A stretch of DNA of 64,000 nt, taken from Eubacteriales bacterium (GTDB lineage: Bacteria > Bacillota > Clostridia > Oscillospirales > CAG-272). The position numbers were made by a program, and so were the translations under genes. Under the pieces are notes generated by a model, which ran no database searches, had not been told where the DNA came from, and saw only the letters and a program-made list of their open reading frames with translations. Positions within the stretch are counted from its first letter, which is position 1; each line of letters starts with the position of its first letter. The stretch is taken from positions 20,646 through 84,645 of the forward strand of contig JAZNXE010000026.1 in the NCBI GenBank assembly GCA_045593725.1. Direction: 5' to 3'. Of the stretch, positions 1-8,736 are shown piece by piece.

Positions 1-2181
1 AGACCTGAGTCTTGACACAATGGAGCGATAGTGCTCCACGTTCTTACAGCTTATCTTAAGATTTATTATGACTCCGTCATTGCCGTTCTTAAGCGTATTT
101 ATCTGAAGCAGATGTACCTTCATTTCGGAAAGCGCAACCGAAATATCTGCAATAAGACCCATTCTGTCAAGCACGTAGATGCTTATCTGTGCCTCGTAAA
201 GATCTACGCCGCCACCCTTGCTTTCCTCCCAGTGGGCGTTTACCCAGCGCTCCGCGTTTTCGGGGGATTGTCTGCTAATCTTAACGTTGGGACAGTCTGT
301 CTTGTGCACCGACACTCCGTGTCCTCTTGTTATAAAGCCTATTACACTGTCCCCGGGCAAGGGATTGCAGCAACGGGCAAATTTAACCAGACAGCCCTCA
401 AGTCCGTCAACTATTATGCCACCGTTGGATTTGATATTCTTGGGAGCTACGGTCTTTACCTGCTCCACAGTCATTTCTTCCGTGGACTGGTTTTCGCTCT
501 CGTTGGCAAAGCTACGCTCAAACTCATCCTTGAGCTTACCCGCCACCTTAGAGAGGGCTATACCTCCGTAGCCAAGAGTATTGTAAAGGTCGTCGGCGCT
601 CATATATCCAATGCGCTGACCTACCGCGGTGACCACCTCGTTGCGCTGAGCCTCGGTGAAGGAATGAGTCCAACGCTTGAACTCGGCATCCACCATACTC
701 TTTCCCGCTACTATGTTTTCGGGTCTTTTTTCCTTCTTGAACCAGCCTCTTATCTTGGTTCTCGCCTCACTGGTCTTTACTATATTAAGCCAGTCGCGGC
801 TTGGTCCCTTAGATGACGCCGAGGTCAGTATCTCTATGATATCTCCCGTTGAGGGCGCCTTGTCTATGGGAACTATCATTCCGTTTATTTTAGCTCCTAT
901 CATAGAATTTCCCACACCCGAATGTATGGCGTAAGCGAAATCTATGACGGTAGAGCCCTGAGGCAGGGATATAACGTCGCCCTTAGGGGTAAATACGAAG
1001 GTTTCATCCTGAAACAGGTCTGTCTTAAGAGCGTCAAGAAATTCGTCGGGATCTGCCACGTTGGATTCGGTTTCCACAAGCTTGGATATCCATTCCAGCT
1101 TTTGGTCAACCTCTGCCTTAGAGCGCTCTCCGCTCTTATATTTCCAGTGCGCGCAGATACCGTACTCTGCAACGTGGTGCATCTCCTGAGTACGGATCTG
1201 AACCTCGAAGGGTATTCCGTCGCGTCCGATTACAGTGGTATGAAGCGACTGATACATATTGGGCTTAGGCGTTGATATATAGTCCTTGAACCTTCCGGGT
1301 ACAGACTTGAACATCTCGTGGATGAGTCCCAGAGCGGTATAGCACTCAAGCTCTGTTTCCACTATTATGCGCATAGCGTAAAAATCGTATATCTCGTCAA
1401 ACGCCTTATTCTGATTAAACATCTTGCGGTAAATACTGTAAACCGACTTGATTCTTCCCGAAAGCTCGAAGTGTATTGTGTTTTCCCTGAGCTTGGCATC
1501 CACCGCGTGGCTTACGTTGTCTATAAAGCCAACGCTTTGACCGTATTTTTCCTCAATATATTTTTCTATCTGCGCGTATCCTATGGGGTCAAGGTAGGAT
1601 ATACAAAGATTCTCAAGCTCCTGCTTTATCTTCTGCATACCGAGTCGATGCGCCAAAGGCGCGTAAACGTACATAGTTTCAAGCGCCGTTGACCTTCTCT
1701 TGGGGTCGGGCTTTACCGACAGGGTCCTCATATTGTGGAGTCTGTCGCAGAGCTTTACGAAAATAACGCGCACGTCCTTGGACATAGCAAGAAGCATCTT
1801 TCTTATATTCTCTATATGAGCCTCTTCCTTGTCCTCAATATACATAGTAACCATCTTGGTAAGTCCATCAACCAGCATGGTTACCTCTGTGCCGAATCTC
1901 GCCTCTATGTCCTTTAAGCTGGTCCTGTCCGCGCAATCCTCCACCGTGTCGTGCAGAAGCGCCGCGCAGATAGACGCGGTATCAAGTCCAAGGTCGGCAA
2001 CTATCTCCGCAACCGCCACGGGATGGGATATATAAGGATCCCCGCTTACGCGGAACTGTCCCTCATGCAGGCTCTCGGCATAATCTCCCGCCGCCTTTAT
2101 TTTTTCCATATCGTACTTTCTTCCCGAAGCCGCAAGCTTATCTATAAGCTGCTGCACGGTCGCGCACGTATTAGCTACCAT
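1..2181 (-). CDS. relA: Bifunctional (p)ppGpp synthetase/hydrolase RelA/SpoT, 3' end runs off the left edge of the window (727 codons visible)
   Basis: I translated the minus strand myself from the ATG at 2181-2179: MVANTCATVQQLIDKL. It shows an HD hydrolase region (HPVAVAEIV...LHDTVED), a synthetase region (YQSLHTTVIG..FEVQIRT), a TGS region and an ACT-like C-terminus. The frame stays open to position 1. It is absent from the supplied ORF track, apparently because there is no in-window stop. The plus-strand ORFs listed for 31-2241 are antisense artefacts. Confidence 0.93.
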   Translation of the reverse strand, partial: MVANTCATVQQLIDKLAASGRKYDMEKIKAAGDYAESLHEGQFRVSGDPYISHPVAVAEIVADLGLDTASICAALLHDTVEDCADRTSLKDIEARFGTEVTMLVDGLTKMVTMYIEDKEEAHIENIRKMLLAMSKDVRVIFVKLCDRLHNMRTLSVKPDPKRRSTALETMYVYAPLAHRLGMQKIKQELENLCISYLDPIGYAQIEKYIEEKYGQSVGFIDNVSHAVDAKLRENTIHFELSGRIKSVYSIYRKMFNQNKAFDEIYDFYAMRIIVETELECYTALGLIHEMFKSVPGRFKDYISTPKPNMYQSLHTTVIGRDGIPFEVQIRTQEMHHVAEYGICAHWKYKSGERSKAEVDQKLEWISKLVETESNVADPDEFLDALKTDLFQDETFVFTPKGDVISLPQGSTVIDFAYAIHSGVGNSMIGAKINGMIVPIDKAPSTGDIIEILTSASSKGPSRDWLNIVKTSEARTKIRGWFKKEKRPENIVAGKSMVDAEFKRWTHSFTEAQRNEVVTAVGQRIGYMSADDLYNTLGYGGIALSKVAGKLKDEFERSFANESENQSTEEMTVEQVKTVAPKNIKSNGGIIVDGLEGCLVKFARCCNPLPGDSVIGFITRGHGVSVHKTDCPNVKISRQSPENAERWVNAHWEESKGGGVDLYEAQISIYVLDRMGLIADISVALSEMKVHLLQINTLKNGNDGVIINLKISCKNVEHYRSIVSRLRS

Positions 2182-2212
2182 AAAGAAATCCTTTCCGCAG
2201 GAGATTTTCCCG

Positions 2213-4402
2213 CTACTTTCGGTCCACGCACTGGGACCTGAGCTTTTTCAGTATCGCAGATTTATCTATACTTGTCTTGTTTGCCTGAAAAATGACCTCA
2301 AAGCTGTATATATCGCTGTCAAGCTCGGATATTTCGCATATCCTAAGCTCGTTAAGTATCTCGAATATATATTTCAGCTTTACGTAATTTATCTTCTTGC
2401 TGTCAGAGGCGTTAAGCTCTCTTAAAACTCTTTTGGTGTCGGTAAGGCTGTTGCCGCTTCTGTACTCCCTGCGAAGAAGCATATAAACCTTGGCGCAATC
2501 CTCTCGGTCGGGAAGAATATTCTCGGCGGCAAGGTAGCGCTCGCCGCCCCTTATCTGGGCGTACCGCTTCTTTTCCTCCGCCATTTTTGCGGTATATTCC
2601 TCGGCAAGCCTTGCGTCACGCACTATCATTTGCGCGGACACAACGTCCTTGTAATCGTTTATATCGATATTAAACAAAAGGTCAACCGTATCCCCTGCCT
2701 CAAAGCCCAGCTCGATAGGGTGCTTTCCAAAGTACATAGCGCTGACTGTTATATTATCCTTTTCCACCAGCAGTCTGGTATGGTCACCGCCTCTGGTAGT
2801 GCTTACTCTCCTTACCGTTACGTTTCTCATAATAAAGAGAGGGGTGGCATTTCCCGTTCCGTATGGCTCAAGATACTGAAGCTCCTTGGCAAACTTTACG
2901 CTCACGTCAGCCATAGATATCTCACAGTCGGCGTCAAGCTTTATCTTAAACGCCTCCTCGTCAAGGTGTTCGCGGGCATACTCATTTATACGGCAACAAA
3001 ATTCGTCGAGATTTCCCCGCTTTACCGTAAGACCTGCCGCAAGCTCGTGTCCGCCGTACTTTACAAGGAGGTCCTCGCAATGCGCCAGTGCCTCTACGAG
3101 ATTTAGCCCTTTTATGCTACGTCCCGAGCCCTTTCCGTCATCAAATGCGCTCTCCTCCAAGCCAACAGAGCCGTCAAAGGAGATAAGTATTGAGGGAAGC
3201 CCGTATTTCTCGGTTATCTTTGAGGAAACTATACCGATTATTCCCTGCTGCCATTCGTTGCTATCAAGAACTATCACGGGATTTTTATCAAGGTCGGCAA
3301 TATCCTCTATCATTGCGTATGCCTGCTCGGCTATTCTGTTCTCCTCCACCTGACGTCTTTTATTGATAGCGCAAAGCTCCTCGGCATAAGCGTAAGCCTC
3401 GTCCTCGTCGGTAGAAAGCAACATTTTGACCGCGATTGACGCATCTGAAATTCTTCCTGCCGCATTTATTCGGGGAGCAAGACCGAAACCGATGAAATTA
3501 GAATTTATTTTCCTTTTTTTGTTATCCTCTCCTACCTTTTTGGCAGATGATACGTCTATAAGAGCCTTTATTCCCGCGCGGGGACTCTGCTCCATGCGGT
3601 GTAAGCCTATCCTTACTATAAGTCTGTTCTCATCCACTATTGGCATTACGTCGGCGATAGTACCCAGTGCGGTTAAGTCAGCATACGTAAGACAAGCATC
3701 TCTTACGCCCTCCACTACTGCTCTACCCTGCTCTCGGCACTTTTTCATAGCGCAGGCGCAAACCAGCTTGAACACTACTCCAACTCCCGCAAGCTCCTTA
3801 AAGGGATAGGGACAATCGGGTCTGTGGGGATTTACCACCGCGCAGGCATTAGGAAGCTCGTTGCGACACTCGTGATGGTCGGTAACAACGAAATCCACCC
3901 CAAGAGTTTTGGCGTATTCCACCTCAGCGCCGGCAGTGATACCCGTATCAACTGTAATTATCAGCTTTACCCCCTCATTGGCAAGAGCCTCTACCGCCGC
4001 ACAGGAAACTCCGTAGCCCTCGCCCTCTCGCTTTGGTATCTTCATACATACGTCAGCGCCCATAGAGTCAAGGTAAAGATACAGCATGCTGACCGAGGTA
4101 ACTCCGTCCACGTCATAATCCCCGTATATACATATTTTTTCGCCTCTGCTTACCGCGAGAAGCACTCTCTCCACTGCCTTATCCATATCAGCAAGAAGAT
4201 AAGGGTCGTGAAAATCAGCCTCCTTAAAATGCAAGAAACGTTCCGCGTCCTCGGCACTTCGGTAGCCGCGGTTGTAAAGCAGTACGGCAAACAGCCGACT
4301 TCTCCCCAGCTTTTCTGCCATATCCCGTACTATACCGTCGCTTTGCTCATTGCCAAACACGTAGAGCTCGTTCCACACCTTCTCTCTTTTATCGTTTCTC
4401 AT
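2213..4402 (-). CDS. recJ: Single-stranded-DNA-specific exonuclease RecJ
   Basis: The 741-aa ORF carries DHH-family motifs (GDYDVDG, VVTDHHE) and DHHA1 (GGHELAAG). I moved the start to the ATG at 4402 (MRNDKRE), which sits behind a GAGGTAG RBS. It lies 31 nt upstream of relA, the usual recJ-relA arrangement. Confidence 0.9.
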   Translation of the reverse strand: MRNDKREKVWNELYVFGNEQSDGIVRDMAEKLGRSRLFAVLLYNRGYRSAEDAERFLHFKEADFHDPYLLADMDKAVERVLLAVSRGEKICIYGDYDVDGVTSVSMLYLYLDSMGADVCMKIPKREGEGYGVSCAAVEALANEGVKLIITVDTGITAGAEVEYAKTLGVDFVVTDHHECRNELPNACAVVNPHRPDCPYPFKELAGVGVVFKLVCACAMKKCREQGRAVVEGVRDACLTYADLTALGTIADVMPIVDENRLIVRIGLHRMEQSPRAGIKALIDVSSAKKVGEDNKKRKINSNFIGFGLAPRINAAGRISDASIAVKMLLSTDEDEAYAYAEELCAINKRRQVEENRIAEQAYAMIEDIADLDKNPVIVLDSNEWQQGIIGIVSSKITEKYGLPSILISFDGSVGLEESAFDDGKGSGRSIKGLNLVEALAHCEDLLVKYGGHELAAGLTVKRGNLDEFCCRINEYAREHLDEEAFKIKLDADCEISMADVSVKFAKELQYLEPYGTGNATPLFIMRNVTVRRVSTTRGGDHTRLLVEKDNITVSAMYFGKHPIELGFEAGDTVDLLFNIDINDYKDVVSAQMIVRDARLAEEYTAKMAEEKKRYAQIRGGERYLAAENILPDREDCAKVYMLLRREYRSGNSLTDTKRVLRELNASDSKKINYVKLKYIFEILNELRICEISELDSDIYSFEVIFQANKTSIDKSAILKKLRSQCVDRK

Positions 4403-4441
4403 TGGGACTACCTCTATATAAACACAAATTATAAACACATA

Positions 4442-6058
4442 TCACACAGGAGAATATCTCTCCATTATCTTCAGCGCGACTCTTATTCCGTCAATAGCCG
4501 CACTGGTTATTCCCCCCGCATATCCCGCGCCTTCTCCGCAAGGATATATATTACCCTTGCCTATGGCGCGCAGGTCCTCTCCCCTGAGTACACGCACCGG
4601 GGCAGAGGTCCTTGTTTCGGCTCCCGTAAGAACAGCGTCGCTTACGGCGAAGCCCGAAAGCTTACGCTCAAAGCTGCGCAGTCCTCTTTTCAGCTCCTCT
4701 GTAACAAAGGGTGGGAAAATATTATTAAAATCGGCAGGTCTTACAAGACCGCTTCTGTAAGTGGGCAAAATACGGGTGGGTTCACTTCCCCATCTTCCGT
4801 CCAAAAGGTCGCCAACAGTCATCATGGGAGCGTAATAATCCGAGCCGCCCTGCTTATACGCCGCGCGCTCTATTCTTCTCTGAAATTCTATGGCGCCCAT
4901 TGGAGTTCCGTCATAGTCGCTCTTGAATACCGACACAGCCACCGCGCTGTTGGAATTTCTTCCCTCACGGGCGTTCTTGCTCATTCCGTTGACTACCACC
5001 CCTCCATCCTCGGATGCGGCGGCCACTACCTCTCCGCCCGGGCACATACAAAAGGTATAAACGCCTCTGCCCGACGAAGTGTCGGAAAGATGATATTCTC
5101 CCTTCCCAAGGCGGGGATGACCTGCCATATCTCCGTACATAGCTCTGTCTATATCCTCACGCAAATGCTCCACGCGCACACCCACAGAAAAGGATTTGGC
5201 ATCAATGGCATAGCCATTGTCTATAAGCATAGCATAGGTATCTCTTGCGCTGTGACCCGTAGCCAGAAGCAACGACGAGCACACTATCTCGCCCTTTGTG
5301 GTCTGTGCCGCTACGCTTCCGTCAGAAAGCTCACGAATCCCGTCAAGCCGTGCGCGGTAAAGCACTCTGCCTCCAAGCTCGGCTATCCTTAGGAGCATCC
5401 GGTCAACTATACCCATAAGCAAATCTGTTCCTATGTGGGGCTTCGCCGCCTTCAGTATCTCCTCGGGCGCTCCAAAATCACAAAAACGGCGCAGCACATA
5501 GCCTATCTTTGGGTCGTTTATGCGAGTAAGAAGCTTCCCGTCCGAAAACGTACCCGCTCCTCCCGCTCCAAACTGTATATTTGATTCGGTATCAAGAATA
5601 CCGAATTTTGAGAACATCTCATATTTTTTCTGCCTGTCGGCAATAGAATCTCCGCGGTCTATGATAACAGGGCGATATCCGTTCTCAGCCAAAATCAGAG
5701 CAGCAAAAAGCCCCGCGGGTCCCATTCCCACTATCAAAGGGGGAAAGCTCATTTTTTCGCTTCCCTTTATTATCTCAAGCTCCTCGGACTCAAGAGCCGT
5801 AATGCGGTATTTTCTGCCCTTGGGCATTTCCACGCACACAGGCTCATCAAAGCGGGCAGCTACCGAATATACCAAACGGATATCGTTCTTCTTTCTCGCA
5901 TCCACAGAACGCTTATACACGTCAAAACGAAGTCGTGCAGGGCACATCCCTGCACGCTTCAGCTCATCCGCGGCTATTTTACAAGCCGTATCATCCTCAA
6001 CATCAGGCGGCAGGCTAATGCCGCTTACGATAAATCCGTTGTATCTTATCTTAGCCAA
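4442..6058 (-). CDS. NAD(P)/FAD-dependent oxidoreductase of the uncharacterised COG2509 type
   Basis: A 538-aa ORF with the dinucleotide-binding motif VGMGPAGLFAAL. The overall layout is an N-terminal ferredoxin-like segment followed by an FAD domain, which I recall for this family. Confidence 0.7.
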   Translation of the reverse strand: MAKIRYNGFIVSGISLPPDVEDDTACKIAADELKRAGMCPARLRFDVYKRSVDARKKNDIRLVYSVAARFDEPVCVEMPKGRKYRITALESEELEIIKGSEKMSFPPLIVGMGPAGLFAALILAENGYRPVIIDRGDSIADRQKKYEMFSKFGILDTESNIQFGAGGAGTFSDGKLLTRINDPKIGYVLRRFCDFGAPEEILKAAKPHIGTDLLMGIVDRMLLRIAELGGRVLYRARLDGIRELSDGSVAAQTTKGEIVCSSLLLATGHSARDTYAMLIDNGYAIDAKSFSVGVRVEHLREDIDRAMYGDMAGHPRLGKGEYHLSDTSSGRGVYTFCMCPGGEVVAAASEDGGVVVNGMSKNAREGRNSNSAVAVSVFKSDYDGTPMGAIEFQRRIERAAYKQGGSDYYAPMMTVGDLLDGRWGSEPTRILPTYRSGLVRPADFNNIFPPFVTEELKRGLRSFERKLSGFAVSDAVLTGAETRTSAPVRVLRGEDLRAIGKGNIYPCGEGAGYAGGITSAAIDGIRVALKIMERYSPV

Positions 6059-6079
6059 ATCCGCTCCTCCGTACCGTGT

Positions 6080-6289
6080 TTACGCTTTTTGAGCCGTGCC
6101 TAATTCTTCCCTAAGCGTTTCGAGATTTTTCTTTTCGTTTAATTCCACGTTGGTGGCGTATATCCATATAACAAGAGCCACCAAAAGACATATTCCGAAG
6201 GCTACGATATCCCATTTTTTAAACTTTTTACTTTTTACTACCAGCTGGCCTTTCTTTAAAAGACCGCCTCCGCGCTTTTTATCAGCCAT
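6080..6289 (-). CDS. Small single-pass membrane protein (69 aa) in the position normally held by cdaR
   Basis: It has a strong RBS (GGAGGAAGAT-ATG) 18 nt after the cdaA stop. It has a basic N-terminus and one TM helix (WDIVAFGICLLVALVIWIYA). No YbbR domains are present. Confidence 0.6.
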   Translation of the reverse strand: MADKKRGGGLLKKGQLVVKSKKFKKWDIVAFGICLLVALVIWIYATNVELNEKKNLETLREELGTAQKA

Positions 6290-6307
6290 ATCTTCCTCCG
6301 AATAATA

Positions 6308-7201
6308 TCACTTTTTGCTTGGTCCTTGAACGGGTCTTTGCTTCTTCGTTCTCCTGCTACGCTTATCCTTGGCGGCAGGGACAAGAATACCTTCCAGTCT
6401 ATTGCGAAGCGAGGTATAGTTAAAGCCGCGCTCCAGATTTCCGTCTATGGATATGGATATATTTCCCGTTTCCTCAGAAACGACTACCACTACCGCATCA
6501 CTGACCTCAGAGGTGCCTATGGCAGCTCTGTGACGCGTTCCCAGCTCACTGTCTATATCTACTCTGTCGGTCATACGCAGAACACACGCCGCCGAGTCGA
6601 TTTTTCCGTTGCGTACTATAACGGCTCCGTCGTGAAGCGCTCCTCCCTTGTAGAATATAGAGCAAAGCAGGTCGGGGGATATGGTAGCGTCAAGAGTAGT
6701 TCCCGTACGCTTATATTCCGAAAGGCTGTTAACTCGCTCTATAACTATAAGCGCGCCGTGACCCATAGTAGAAAGTCTTTGAGCCGCACGGGATACCGAT
6801 TCCACAACGTAATGAGAGCCTACGTCCTTTTTTTCGGCGTGGTTTATATTCTGCAAGCCGATAAAGGTTGTGCCGCCTATCTTTTCAAGTGCGGAACGAA
6901 GTTCGGGCTGAAAGATTATAAGTATCGCTATCACTCCAAGCTGCCTGAAGTCCCCGAACACAAAGCTCAAAGCCGTAAGATTTATGGCGTCACCAATAAA
7001 CATTACCAGCAAAAAGAGCAGAACTCCCATAACAAGTCTTATGGCACTGCGCTTTTTAGCGAACCGATAAAGGAAATAGAACAATGATGCCAGAGCTATT
7101 ATGTCTATAAAATCATTAAGACCCATATCTAAAAGAACTTTAAATATACTGTCATTAAAAAATCTCACTGCTATCTCCCACATTTGAGCAAAAATTTCCA
7201 C
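6308..7201 (-). CDS. cdaA: Diadenylate cyclase CdaA (c-di-AMP synthase)
   Basis: It has three N-terminal TM helices plus DisA_N motifs (GALIVIER, DGAVIVRNGKI, LGTRHRAAIG). I prefer the GTG start at 7201 behind GGAGGTG. The ORF track begins at a TTG at 7255. Confidence 0.9.
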   Translation of the reverse strand: MEIFAQMWEIAVRFFNDSIFKVLLDMGLNDFIDIIALASLFYFLYRFAKKRSAIRLVMGVLLFLLVMFIGDAINLTALSFVFGDFRQLGVIAILIIFQPELRSALEKIGGTTFIGLQNINHAEKKDVGSHYVVESVSRAAQRLSTMGHGALIVIERVNSLSEYKRTGTTLDATISPDLLCSIFYKGGALHDGAVIVRNGKIDSAACVLRMTDRVDIDSELGTRHRAAIGTSEVSDAVVVVVSEETGNISISIDGNLERGFNYTSLRNRLEGILVPAAKDKRSRRTKKQRPVQGPSKK

Positions 7202-7329
7202 TAAAAGCTCACCTCCGTATTGTTCAAAAAGCAAAAATTCCGACACTGACCCCAAATACTAATCATATTATAACATATATAATTTGCAATTTCAATAAAA
7301 AACTAAAAAAATTATAAGAGCGCAAAAAA

Positions 7330-7362
7330 AAGATGAGCAGATTTCTCCGCTCATCAAAAATT
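7330..7362 (-). terminator. Intrinsic terminator after the nuclease gene
   Basis: On the minus strand: GATGAGCGG-agaaat-CTGCTCATC followed by TTTTTTTT. Confidence 0.7.
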
Positions 7363-7366
7363 CATA

Positions 7367-8326
7367 TTATGCCGCAGGCTTACATATACCGCAGGCGCTG
7401 TACTCATCTGATATAAGGTCTTGAATGTCACCCGTATATTCATCCCTATTAGCCTCGCTTATAGAAGCAGCACTCCTGCAGCTTGGCAAATGTATCTTTT
7501 TCGTGTTTGTGTTAAGTACGTAGGTCTTAACCGTATTCTCAGTTACCTTATTAGTTTCGGTCGCCTTGGGCGTCTCGGTAGAAAGCCAGTTCTCTCCCGT
7601 GGCATAGTCAATAACTATCCCCGGTTGAACGTTGTAAACGTACACGTTGAAGCAAATTCCTTCTCCCTCGTCCTCTACCGAGTAAGCCTCCAGCCGGACT
7701 CCGCACGCAACCAGATCCTTACCGTCATAAATGGGCGTAACGCGATACATAACGTGATTATTTGTTTCCTTTACGTAGTCGGCAACCATATTTTCAAATG
7801 GAAGCATACCCTCTACGTTCATATAGCGAGTTCCCGTAATAAGATTTTTCTTATTAGCATTCTCGCCCGTAAGCTGAAAGCCTATAAGGTGACAACGGTT
7901 GTATATGTAGCCACCATCCACCAGCTCGGAATCATACTTGTTGTTTACCCAGCCCGAGGGCTTTACGCTTGAAATACTCTCACGCTCCTCGGTAGGCATA
8001 ATATCCTTTCCCACACAGGCCTCGGTATATCCGCATCTTCCCAAGGAATCAAGCTCACTGTAAAATTCATAGGATACGGTAGTTATTTTCTCAGCTCCGA
8101 AATTGGGAATACCGTCATTAAGAACAGCGAAGGGACTTCCCGAAAACTTAGGCACTCCAAGCGCTTTTTCTGCATCCCTCTGCTCCCCGATATTTACGTC
8201 CAAGTTATTGGTCGTGCTGCCGCCCTGAGTATCGCCGTCAAGCATATCACACCCTGTAAATACAAGGCAGAGCGCAAGCACTAAGGCAAGCAGCCAAAGA
8301 GAGCCTTTCACAAATCCTTTTATCAT
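7367..8326 (-). CDS. Secreted lipoprotein DNA/RNA non-specific endonuclease (EndA/DNA-entry-nuclease type) with a C-terminal Cys/His metal-binding tail
   Basis: It has a lipobox (LVFTGC). The core RCHLIGFQLTGENANKKNLITGTRYMN is typical of the streptococcal EndA-like family. The C-terminus has H-x3-C...C-x2-C (HLPSC...CGIC). Confidence 0.8.
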   Translation of the reverse strand: MIKGFVKGSLWLLALVLALCLVFTGCDMLDGDTQGGSTTNNLDVNIGEQRDAEKALGVPKFSGSPFAVLNDGIPNFGAEKITTVSYEFYSELDSLGRCGYTEACVGKDIMPTEERESISSVKPSGWVNNKYDSELVDGGYIYNRCHLIGFQLTGENANKKNLITGTRYMNVEGMLPFENMVADYVKETNNHVMYRVTPIYDGKDLVACGVRLEAYSVEDEGEGICFNVYVYNVQPGIVIDYATGENWLSTETPKATETNKVTENTVKTYVLNTNTKKIHLPSCRSAASISEANRDEYTGDIQDLISDEYSACGICKPAA

Positions 8327-8733
8327 TTTCTGAATATCTCCTTAGTTATCTTTTCGTGGGAATACCCCTCAAAATCTCCCGAATAAACACACTTGAAGCC
8401 CTGCTCCTCGGGGGATATATCAAAGTAAAGGTCGGCAGGATAATGTCTGTTCCAACGGTATATGACTATTTCGTCCACTCGGTCGATATACTGCGTCGGT
8501 ACTCTGTCCTCAAGAAAGCAATAATCATCCCTCCCTGCCTCAAGCAGCATATTTTCGCTAACCGTATATGCGCTTCCAAGCTCCGTGAGAAGCTTTTCGG
8601 AATAAGGCGCTATAAAAAGCTTATTGTTTTGGGCGGTTTTCAAAATATCCTCTGTAACTACTCTGTCGCGGCTCTGTCGGCGGCGATTGAGCATCATACC
8701 GTTTCTATCGTCAAGGCAAACTATTATCTTCAT
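8323..8733 (-). CDS. Hypothetical cytoplasmic protein (136 aa). Its stop overlaps the nuclease start by 4 nt (ATGA)
   Basis: The ORF begins MKIIVCLDDRNGMMLNRRRQSRD, which is vaguely like a DHFR-type N-terminus. There is no signal peptide. It lies immediately upstream of the nuclease gene, and its TGA stop overlaps the nuclease ATG (8323-8326). Confidence 0.55.
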   Translation of the reverse strand: MKIIVCLDDRNGMMLNRRRQSRDRVVTEDILKTAQNNKLFIAPYSEKLLTELGSAYTVSENMLLEAGRDDYCFLEDRVPTQYIDRVDEIVIYRWNRHYPADLYFDISPEEQGFKCVYSGDFEGYSHEKITKEIFRK

Positions 8734-8736
8734 AGC

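Noticed and set aside
31-2241. A series of plus-strand ORFs (31-816, 218-571, 922-1275, 1318-1692, 1951-2241 and others) at the left edge.
   Set aside because: They lie antisense to a continuous RelA/SpoT reading frame on the minus strand (1-2181) that the ORF track omitted. None has an RBS or recognisable sequence.
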